Positions 48,287 to 55,948 of a stretch of DNA of 64,000 nucleotides are shown here, in pieces. Each line of letters opens with the position of its first letter. Within the stretch, counting starts at the first letter, position 1. The notes under the pieces are model-generated. The model did not search any database and had not been told where the DNA came from. It worked only from the letters and a program-made list of their open reading frames with translations. Position numbers and translations under genes: made by a program. Source of the stretch: Bacillales bacterium UBA5348 (lineage in GTDB: Bacteria; Bacillota_I; Bacilli_A; RF39; UBA660); assembly GCA_002411005.1 (NCBI GenBank), contig DHQC01000003.1, positions 4,086 through 68,085 on the forward strand. Direction: 5' to 3'.

Positions 48287-50377
48287 TTATACCTGATTGG
48301 CAAACTTTTTTTCAACATTTTTGTATTCTTCTATTTCATTAACAAAAATTGATTGTTTACTTTTTGGAACTAAGAGATATACTTTATTTTTTGTTCTAGT
48401 TAAAGCCACATAAAAGAGTCTACGTTCTTCAGCATAATCTATTGATTCATCATTTTTTGGTCTTATTAATTTTACTAATGGCTCATCTTCAATTTTAGAT
48501 GGAAAGCCATATTTCTCATCTGATAAATTCAATAATATACAATGATCACATCCTAATCCTTTAGCTTTATGAATTGTTAAAAATTTCAAATTAGCTTTCG
48601 GATACTTTTTTGATGTTATCCTTTCACCAATTATATTAAAGAGATTATCATTTTGAATCGTATATATATCTTTTCTATATCTCCCTAGAAGCAAGATTTT
48701 GCTTTTAGGATGTCGGGAATAAATATGATTAATTATATCGTTTACAATTTTAGATCTTTGAATATCTGCTTTTCTAAAATCACTATCATCATAAATAATT
48801 ATCTCTACAGGATTATTTAAATGTTTACTTGATTTTAATTTCTTCTTAACTTGATATTCATTCTTTAAAATAAACTCACCAGCTATATCTATTAGTTCCT
48901 GACTATTGCGATAAGTGTTTTCTATTGGAACACTTTCAGCATTTTCTAAATTCTTATCAAAATCTTTAAATAAATCTATTCTAGCTCCAGAAAAACCAAA
49001 GATTGATTGCCAATCATCACCTACAGCCATTATTTTAGCATCAAATAATTTTGACATTCTTTCAACCAGATTAAACCTTTGACTAGAAATATCTTGGTAC
49101 TCGTCAATAATTAAATATTTATAATCTACTCCCAAGCTTTTCTCTTTCACATTTGGCATAACAGTATATGCTTTTATAATCATGTCATTAAAATCTATCT
49201 TTTGCATTTCTGCTAATTTCTTTTGATAGTTAATATAAAAGTCCCTCATCACTATTAATTGATCTTTTAAAATGCCTGTATTTTCTTTTGTTAGATTATC
49301 AAAATTATCAACATTAAAGTTCCTTTGTTTAAAAAGATTAATAAAGGGAATTAGCATCTTTTCAATAAATGTGTTTATATAACCATCTTTATTTGTATCA
49401 CGTAAAGTAGTAAATATTTCTTCATCACTAAGGCGATTAAATTGATAACCCTTTTTAATCAATTGGTCTTTTAAATGACTTAGATATGTTCCGTCTTTAT
49501 ATTTAGACTGCGTTATAATAAAAAGGTTTTTATTATATCCCTGGTTATAAAATTCCGTTTTTCTTTCCATCGTTTTGAGATATGATCTTAATGTCTCTTC
49601 GTCATACATATAATTATTTCCTTCTTGATCTACCCCAAAATGTTCAATATAATTTTCTTTTCCAAGTTGAGATATAAAAAAATCTGGTCGTAGCAATTTC
49701 TTTGGATCATTGTATTTTCTTTCATATTCATAATCTATTCCATTCTTATAAAGGAAATTAGCGATATCAACTTCCTCTTTCGAAGCTAGATATTCACCTC
49801 TTATTGATTTTTTATATGCTCTTCTCTTCTTTATTTGACTGTGATTATATGTTTTTAAATCAAAACCACTTTTTATCAGATTTTCATTGTAAATACTATT
49901 GTGATATTCTTCAAAATTGGAAGAGTTCTCCCACCCTTTACCAAATCTTAGAAACTTACTAAAAGAATGCTCAAATAACTTGAACTTTTCTTTATCAACA
50001 AATAACTCATCTTTTATATAATTAGAAAAAATGTTATATTGCATTTTTTCGTCTACTATTCCATTGAAGTTTTCTCCACTAGCTCTTATTATTTTCAAAC
50101 CTAAGCTATGAAAAGTATGAACATCTACTCCTTTTAATCCGAATTTATCATGAAGAGTTTTTTCGATTTCTTCTGTTACTTTTTTCGTAAAAGATAAAAC
50201 TGCTATTTCACTTTGTTGATATCCACATTTATCAACCAAATATTTAACTTTTGCAATCATGGTTGTTGTTTTACCACTACCAGCCCCAGCAACAACTAAC
50301 AGATTATCAGCATCATTTAAAATAGCTCCCCTTTGTTGTTCATCCAATTTTATATTTGGATCAACCTTTTCAAACAT
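48287..50377 (-). CDS. UvrD/Rep/PcrA-family SF1 helicase with a ~250-aa domain inserted between motifs Ia and II
   Basis: Motif I VVAGAGSGKTT and motif II IIDEYQDIS, plus later helicase motifs (TIHKAKGLGCDHCIL; VALTRTKNKVYLL). The insertion between them contains an E..D...EYE...K pattern (EEVDIANFLYKNGIDYEYERKY...LRPDFF) suggestive of an embedded nuclease-like fold. Confidence 0.7.
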   Translation of the reverse strand: MFEKVDPNIKLDEQQRGAILNDADNLLVVAGAGSGKTTTMIAKVKYLVDKCGYQQSEIAVLSFTKKVTEEIEKTLHDKFGLKGVDVHTFHSLGLKIIRASGENFNGIVDEKMQYNIFSNYIKDELFVDKEKFKLFEHSFSKFLRFGKGWENSSNFEEYHNSIYNENLIKSGFDLKTYNHSQIKKRRAYKKSIRGEYLASKEEVDIANFLYKNGIDYEYERKYNDPKKLLRPDFFISQLGKENYIEHFGVDQEGNNYMYDEETLRSYLKTMERKTEFYNQGYNKNLFIITQSKYKDGTYLSHLKDQLIKKGYQFNRLSDEEIFTTLRDTNKDGYINTFIEKMLIPFINLFKQRNFNVDNFDNLTKENTGILKDQLIVMRDFYINYQKKLAEMQKIDFNDMIIKAYTVMPNVKEKSLGVDYKYLIIDEYQDISSQRFNLVERMSKLFDAKIMAVGDDWQSIFGFSGARIDLFKDFDKNLENAESVPIENTYRNSQELIDIAGEFILKNEYQVKKKLKSSKHLNNPVEIIIYDDSDFRKADIQRSKIVNDIINHIYSRHPKSKILLLGRYRKDIYTIQNDNLFNIIGERITSKKYPKANLKFLTIHKAKGLGCDHCILLNLSDEKYGFPSKIEDEPLVKLIRPKNDESIDYAEERRLFYVALTRTKNKVYLLVPKSKQSIFVNEIEEYKNVEKKFANQV

Positions 50378-50498
50378 TTCATCAAAATACGTTTTATTTT
50401 CAACTAACTTTTGTTGTAGAATTATTTCGCTAGAATTTTCTCTATTAAGTGAGTTAATATGATCACCTCCAATTAAAACAATTGTTTTACTTAAACGA

Positions 50499-52370
50499 TT
50501 ACAAGTTGTTAAGTTTTTCTTTTAAATAGTTTTGTAGATTTTTATCTACGCAATATACATAACAACCTTTCATTCCCCTTGTCATTAGAGTTTTATATGT
50601 ATTCTTTATTATCTTGTCAGATACTTTTAGTGCTTCCTCTGGATTCCTATTATACATTGCTTTAATACCAAATAATGATTTATCAGTGCCCGCCCTTTTT
50701 GTGAAATCTGTTACTATTTGACCGTTTTCATATCTTATATCTTCACCTATTATCACACCAACATAATCGAATTCTAATCCTTGGCAAGTATGAATGCAAC
50801 CAATTTCTTTAATAGAGTCAGAATCTATTGCCCAAGTACTACTATTAGCTAAATTCCAGCTCATTCCAAAGTTATGTTCAGGTATAACAACATCATGAAT
50901 TTCACTATTGTTTTTAGCATTACTAATCCAATTCCAACAATATCCAGCGACCATTCTTGATTTATTGTTTACATCGTTTTTTTCGGATATTAATTCTTTT
51001 AATTCATTTGGATCGTCAAGCACCTTGAAATCATAATCAAAATCAAAATTATAATTAGCTGTTTCCCTAATATCTAAAACATTATCTAACCAATTTAGAT
51101 AACCATCAGACCCATTACATCTAAATTGTGATTCCAATTCTACCACTTGTATTTCCGCATCTAATTGCTTTGCATATTTTTCTATAACATCCAAACTACC
51201 AATATCTGAAAGAGTTACTTTTTGATTCTCATCTAAAAAAAATACAGAAAATTTTGAAGCATGTATAATTTCTTTAATTTGATTCTCACCCTTGTTTTTA
51301 AACATGCCTGATTTGGCATTTAATCTATGTGCCTCATCCACGATCAATGCATCAAATATATTTTTTTCGGAATCCACATACATTCCAGAGCCTTTAAATA
51401 AGTTCTTTATGTAACTAGCTTTAAAATTACCTTTTAATCTATCATAAAAAACATTTCTAGGTGCAGCATTCTTAGTAATATAATTAGTAACCATATTTTT
51501 ATTTGTTAATTCAACTAATAAATTAATGGCCAAAACCGACTTTCCAGTACCTGGTCCACCATTTACTACTAGCACCCTCTTTTTTTTATCATTATAAGAC
51601 TTATTAGCCAAATCTAAGGCTGTCTCATATACTACTTTTTGCTCATCAATCATAACAAACTCTTTGTTACCATTTAACATGTTCTTTAATGAATCTTGCA
51701 GTCTTCTTGAAGGCCTGATCTTACCGTTTTCTATTTTATATAACAGTTCCTTATTATCACCGTATGTAATATATTTCTTTATAAATTCACGCAGTTTAAG
51801 TACATCACCCATACCAAATAATGGAGCATCATCGATATACTCTTTATACATTTCGTCCACTAACGCATCAGTTGGAGTAATTTTATAATTATGTAAATAT
51901 GCACAAGGATACAAGTTAATTAATTCTTTTTGAACCGATTCGTTAAAATCCATTATTAAAGAAGCATACGACCAAGCCTGATAAGAGGGGTGAGTTACCT
52001 CTCTAAACCCTCCACCAACAAAGGTTTTAACGAGGCCATCCCTTCCCTCAACTCTAGCGCAAGTATCCCACTGCTTTAATTCAATTATTATTACAGAATC
52101 CTTATTATTTTTATCATACCCAGACAACATGAAGTCAACTCTTTTTGAAGTTGATGGAATATTAAATTCAATTGCAACACCAGAATCATCAGGTATTTCA
52201 TTATCATTTAACACTTTATACATATATTCCATCGAATTCTTCCAAGATTTGATTTGAGCTTCTCCACTTCTTCCAAAAAATTTTTGATATTTTTCATGAA
52301 TCTTTCTGGTTATATTATCAGTTAAAACATCATTAATAAATCCTTGTTTAATTCCCTCGTATACTAACAT
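50499..52370 (-). CDS. PD-(D/E)xK nuclease-like N-terminal domain fused to a DUF2075/SF1-type P-loop helicase (Nhi-like nuclease-helicase)
   Basis: The N-terminal region RVDFMLSG...VIIIELKQW matches a PD-(D/E)xK-like D...ELK motif. The C-terminal half has Walker A VNGGPGTGKSVL and Walker B/DEAH IVDEAHRLN, with later SF1 helicase motifs (TIHTCQGLEFDYVGVI, MTRGMKGCYVY). Confidence 0.65.
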   Translation of the reverse strand: MLVYEGIKQGFINDVLTDNITRKIHEKYQKFFGRSGEAQIKSWKNSMEYMYKVLNDNEIPDDSGVAIEFNIPSTSKRVDFMLSGYDKNNKDSVIIIELKQWDTCARVEGRDGLVKTFVGGGFREVTHPSYQAWSYASLIMDFNESVQKELINLYPCAYLHNYKITPTDALVDEMYKEYIDDAPLFGMGDVLKLREFIKKYITYGDNKELLYKIENGKIRPSRRLQDSLKNMLNGNKEFVMIDEQKVVYETALDLANKSYNDKKKRVLVVNGGPGTGKSVLAINLLVELTNKNMVTNYITKNAAPRNVFYDRLKGNFKASYIKNLFKGSGMYVDSEKNIFDALIVDEAHRLNAKSGMFKNKGENQIKEIIHASKFSVFFLDENQKVTLSDIGSLDVIEKYAKQLDAEIQVVELESQFRCNGSDGYLNWLDNVLDIRETANYNFDFDYDFKVLDDPNELKELISEKNDVNNKSRMVAGYCWNWISNAKNNSEIHDVVIPEHNFGMSWNLANSSTWAIDSDSIKEIGCIHTCQGLEFDYVGVIIGEDIRYENGQIVTDFTKRAGTDKSLFGIKAMYNRNPEEALKVSDKIIKNTYKTLMTRGMKGCYVYCVDKNLQNYLKEKLNNL

Positions 52371-52372
52371 AA

Positions 52373-52699
52373 TTATTCTCCTAATTTATTGTACTTAGTA
52401 CTTACCCCTTTAGATTTTTCAACAGGATATTTTAATTTACTTTTTTCTAACTTATCTAAAATAATTTGATCTAAATCTACATTTAATTTATCTGCTAATA
52501 AGATGCAATAATTAGCAACGTCGGCAAGTTCGTCGCATACTTCCTCTTTATCAAAATTACTGTTCCATTGAAAACATTCTAATAATTCTCCAGCTTCAAT
52601 AGAAATAGATTTAGCTAAGTTTTCAGGGCTATGAAATTGATCCCAATCTCTTTCCTGATTAAAATTAAGTATTTGTTCCTTTACTTCCATGTTAATCAC
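52373..52699 (-). CDS. MazG-like nucleoside triphosphate pyrophosphohydrolase (all-alpha NTP-PPase, YpjD-type)
   Basis: 108 aa. EAGELLECFQW...DELADVANYCILLADKLNVDL...KYP are the metal-binding EExxE/D motifs of MazG-type NTP-PPases. Its start lies 3 nt after the stop of the nuclease-helicase gene, so the two are operonic. Confidence 0.65.
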   Translation of the reverse strand: MINMEVKEQILNFNQERDWDQFHSPENLAKSISIEAGELLECFQWNSNFDKEEVCDELADVANYCILLADKLNVDLDQIILDKLEKSKLKYPVEKSKGVSTKYNKLGE

Positions 52700-52852
52700 C
52701 TATTTATATTATATCATATAAAAATATAATTTCTAAGCTTTTGTAAATTTGTGTTCAACAAAAAAGATATGCCTACACATACCCTCTTCTCTTCGTATTC
52801 GATTCTACAAGACTATAATCAAAATAATTTTAATTATTTATAACATCGTCAA

Positions 52853-53431
52853 TTATTCCTTCAGAACATCTTTTATTATTTTTCTTATTTCAACAATTCG
52901 CCTCTTCTCAAATTCAGGATGATCCATAAACCATTTCATATTTAAGGGGGACGGATGTGGCAACACCAAAGCCTTTTTACCATTTAAAACATTATCCTTA
53001 AATACTAAAGTAGCAAAATCTTCATTAGGAAACAAATATTTTGCAGCATAACTTCCAACAATGACATATAATTTACATTTAACAAGTTCCAGTTCCTTTT
53101 TTAGCCATAAATCCCGACAGTTTTTAGAAGGTGGATTATCTTTACCGCTTTTGTTTTTACCTGGATAGCAATGACCAACAGAGGTAATATAAAAATTGTC
53201 TTCATTATAAAACTCTTCATCGGTTATTTGATACCATTGATACTTTAATCTTTCACCACTTGCATCATTAAATGATCTTAATGTTAAATGAACATTTTTA
53301 GATGGTGCTTGTGAAATGTGCATTATTTTAGAATTAGTTTTTCCAAATGTAACAGGATGCGGGGTAAAACCAAAACGTTCTGCACATAAACGGCATTGTT
53401 TAATTTTTTCCTTTAATTTTTCAAGTTCCAC
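52853..53431 (-). CDS. Uracil-DNA-glycosylase superfamily protein (family 4/5-like)
   Basis: 192 aa. N-terminal CRLC pair; a motif-A-like SQAPS; the motif-B hallmark of the UDG fold, LVLPHPSPLN. Confidence 0.6.
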   Translation of the reverse strand: MELEKLKEKIKQCRLCAERFGFTPHPVTFGKTNSKIMHISQAPSKNVHLTLRSFNDASGERLKYQWYQITDEEFYNEDNFYITSVGHCYPGKNKSGKDNPPSKNCRDLWLKKELELVKCKLYVIVGSYAAKYLFPNEDFATLVFKDNVLNGKKALVLPHPSPLNMKWFMDHPEFEKRRIVEIRKIIKDVLKE

Positions 53432-53596
53432 TTTTACTCACCTCAAATCGTACTTATAGTATTATCATTTTTTATTAAAGTATATCAAAATCACATAATA
53501 ATTAAAGTGCTATCAAAACCAGTGTGTTACAAAAAGCCACGCAATTTCATATACTATAGTATATATTTTTGTTAAAAATAGAAAGGTGGTTTTATT

Positions 53597-54322
53597 ATGG
53601 AAACTTATACGGTTTTGTCAGGGGATACTATGTGGCGAATTGCTAAGAAGCATGAAATTGGATTAAACGAATTATTGACGGCTAATCCTCAGATTACAAA
53701 TTCAGCTCTTATCCTTCCAGGACAAATAATTAACATTCCTGGTAACAACGCATCAACTTATACAGTTTCGCCTGGAGACACTATGTGGAATATAGCAAAA
53801 AAACACGAGATTGGATTAAGTGATTTGACGGAAGCCAATCCTCAAATTGAAAACCCTTCTTTTATTCTTCCGGGACAAACAATCAATATTCCTAATGGTA
53901 CTAGTACTCCCAGCACTCCTAGTACTCCTAATGATATAAGAGCATTAGAAAACGAGGTAATTAGATTGGTTAACATCGAGAGAGCAAGAGTCGGTCAACC
54001 AGCATTAACCGAAAACAATGAAGTAAGTCGTGTCGCCAGAATTAAATCAAATGATTTTATTGAGAACAATTATTTTTCTCATAATTCCCCTACTTATGGT
54101 ACTCCATTTGAGATGCTTAGATCTTTCGGAATTAATTTTTCTGCAGCTGCAGAAAACATTGCACGAGGACAAAGAACTGCTGCTGAGGTCATGAACAGTT
54201 GGATGAATTCATCAGGTCATAGAGCAAACATTCTAAGTTCTACGTATAATCAAATTGGTGTAGGTGTTGCAAGAGCTAATGATGGAACTTTATATTGGAC
54301 TCAAATTTTTATAAGAGATTAA
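53597..54322 (+). CDS. Secreted 2xLysM + CAP/SCP (YkwD-like) domain protein
   Basis: Two LysM repeats (YTVLSGDTMWRIAKKHEIGLNELLTANP...; YTVSPGDTMWNIAKKHEIGLSDL...), a T/P/S linker, then a CAP domain (FSHNSPTYGTP...GHRANIL). A GAAAGGTGG SD precedes the start. Confidence 0.8.
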   Translation: METYTVLSGDTMWRIAKKHEIGLNELLTANPQITNSALILPGQIINIPGNNASTYTVSPGDTMWNIAKKHEIGLSDLTEANPQIENPSFILPGQTINIPNGTSTPSTPSTPNDIRALENEVIRLVNIERARVGQPALTENNEVSRVARIKSNDFIENNYFSHNSPTYGTPFEMLRSFGINFSAAAENIARGQRTAAEVMNSWMNSSGHRANILSSTYNQIGVGVARANDGTLYWTQIFIRD

Positions 54323-54494
54323 TATAGAATACTATATAATAAATAACAATAACTTTATAGAAAAAGACTTTCCAATTATTTGGAAGTCTTTAAATTATTA
54401 ATATCCGCTAAAGATTCAAGCTGATAAATCACTACATAAAATACGTACTTCTTATGTACTGTTATTTTAAATATGATATTATATTTTTAAGTTA

Positions 54495-55040
54495 TTAGTT
54501 TGTTTTTGGTTTCAAAACTTTAGTAATTTGCTGTTCCATTAATGGTCTAGCAAATTGTTCTTCTAAAGTTAAAACACTACTTTTATATCTATTATATGCA
54601 AATTGATAATCTCCATTCTTTATTGCATTTACACACACCTTCACAACATTTTGATAAATATAACTATATATTGAATTATTGTTTTCAATCTTATTAATTC
54701 CTTCTACTATAATTGGCGCAGTACTATAATAATAATCTATATCTTCTTTTGACACAAAACTATCTCTAAAATTTCTAAGTATAGTAAGTTCCTCACAATC
54801 ATCATTAAATTTTTCTCGAAAGTGCTTAATACATGCAGAGGTTAAATAGCAGTTCCCTTCTGTTGTTGTTTTATCACCATCTGTTTTTTCGTTAATGTTG
54901 AAAGTTCCTTTTTCATAATCAATATTTATATGTGTTGAATTATGCTCACCTCTAGGATCCCTATCATATATATTTACATGTCCTTTCTCAGCATCATTAT
55001 TAACATCAATCCATACTCCTTCTTTATTTTTTTTAGCCAT
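54495..55040 (-). CDS. Hypothetical protein (downstream gene of a two-gene cassette), unknown fold
   Basis: 181 aa. The His/Asp-rich N-terminal half reads GHVNIYDRDPRGEHNSTHINIDYEKG. The C-terminal half reads GNCYLTSACIKHFREKFNDDCEELTILRNFRD. Its start overlaps the stop of the upstream ORF by 8 nt. Confidence 0.4.
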   Translation of the reverse strand: MAKKNKEGVWIDVNNDAEKGHVNIYDRDPRGEHNSTHINIDYEKGTFNINEKTDGDKTTTEGNCYLTSACIKHFREKFNDDCEELTILRNFRDSFVSKEDIDYYYSTAPIIVEGINKIENNNSIYSYIYQNVVKVCVNAIKNGDYQFAYNRYKSSVLTLEEQFARPLMEQQITKVLKPKTN

Positions 55041-55365
55041 TGTTTATCCCCCTCATTTCTAAAATTCTTTCCATTAGTTCACTAAATCCGAATTGCAAAT
55101 CTTCCGCAAATATAAAAATATCAACTTTTTCATAACATTCATTAGCAAAATCAACTATTTCTTTTTCGCTAAATTTAAAATCTATTTTATCAATATTTTT
55201 GTGCATCAGATAATTCTCATATTGGTTAATAAAATCCTCAAGGTATTCACTAGAAGTTTGTCTTATTTTTTCATCAACAGTCTTTTTTTCAATGCATAAT
55301 GCTGAAGCTATTATTTTTCTGAACAAATTAACAATTTCATCAAAATTATTTACTTTTTCTTTCAT
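55033..55365 (-). CDS. Hypothetical small acidic helical protein (upstream gene of the two-gene cassette)
   Basis: 110 aa with no recognisable motif. An AAAGGTGA SD is present. A 7-bp-stem hairpin (gtggtga...tcaccac, 55387-55411) lies just upstream. Confidence 0.4.
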   Translation of the reverse strand: MKEKVNNFDEIVNLFRKIIASALCIEKKTVDEKIRQTSSEYLEDFINQYENYLMHKNIDKIDFKFSEKEIVDFANECYEKVDIFIFAEDLQFGFSELMERILEMRGINNG

Positions 55366-55678
55366 TTTTTCACCTTTCTAGAAAAAGTGGTGAAAAATGT
55401 ACAATCACCACTTTAATTCCTGTCAAATTTTTATCGGATAAATGGGTGATTTTTTTCACTTTGCACCTTATTACTTCTATAATCATATTAACAAAATATA
55501 TAATACTATTCAACTATTTATCAAATGTTATTTTTATTTGGTATATTTTAATAACCATGTAAAGGATTCAAATTTGTTTTTATCATTATTCTTATAAAAA
55601 TAGCTCCCTTCAGTTTTTTAAAGTTATATTTATTATACAACTTTCTGTCCAACTTTTGGAAGCCATTTTATTTCAACT

Positions 55679-55757
55679 TGGTGTCCCCTGGGGGATTCGG
55701 ACCCACGACCCACTGATTAAGAGTCAGTTGCTCTACCAACTGAGCTAAGGAGACACG
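55679..55757 (-). tRNA. tRNA-Lys (anticodon CUU)
   Basis: The reverse complement folds as a cloverleaf: acceptor GTCTCCT/AGGGGAC, D-arm GCTC/GAGC, anticodon stem ACTGA/TCAGT with loop CTCTTAA (anticodon CTT), T-arm GTGGG-TCCGAAT-CCCCC, discriminator A, encoded CCA. The T-loop has C at position 55 and a U50-C64 mismatch. Confidence 0.7.
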
Positions 55758-55767
55758 TAATACACTA

Positions 55768-55844
<77 letters not shown>

Positions 55845-55857
55845 ACAAAGCATATTT

Positions 55858-55886
55858 ATTTTACAACACAATCTCTAAAAATACAA
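55858..55886 (-). promoter_or_regulatory. Putative sigma-A promoter for the tRNA-Val/tRNA-Lys pair
   Basis: On the minus sense: -35 TTGTAT, 17-nt spacer, -10 TAAAAT preceded by TG. The -10 lies ~12 nt upstream of the tRNA-Val 5' end. Confidence 0.4.
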
Positions 55887-55918
55887 CCTATTTAATATAA
55901 ATTTTGATTTTTATAAGT

Positions 55919-55947
55919 AAATTAAAGGCAACTCATGGTTGCCTTTA
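55919..55947. terminator. Rho-independent terminator after ddl
   Basis: The aaaggcaac-tcat-ggttgccttt hairpin has AT-rich flanks on both sides. Confidence 0.6.
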
Positions 55948-55948
55948 A

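Noticed and set aside
47000-55700. Prophage or integrative element at the tRNA
   Set aside because: No integrase/recombinase, terminase, capsid or tail genes are present, and no tRNA 3'-end direct repeat could be identified by eye. The region is treated as an accessory or defence island of unknown mobility, not a prophage.
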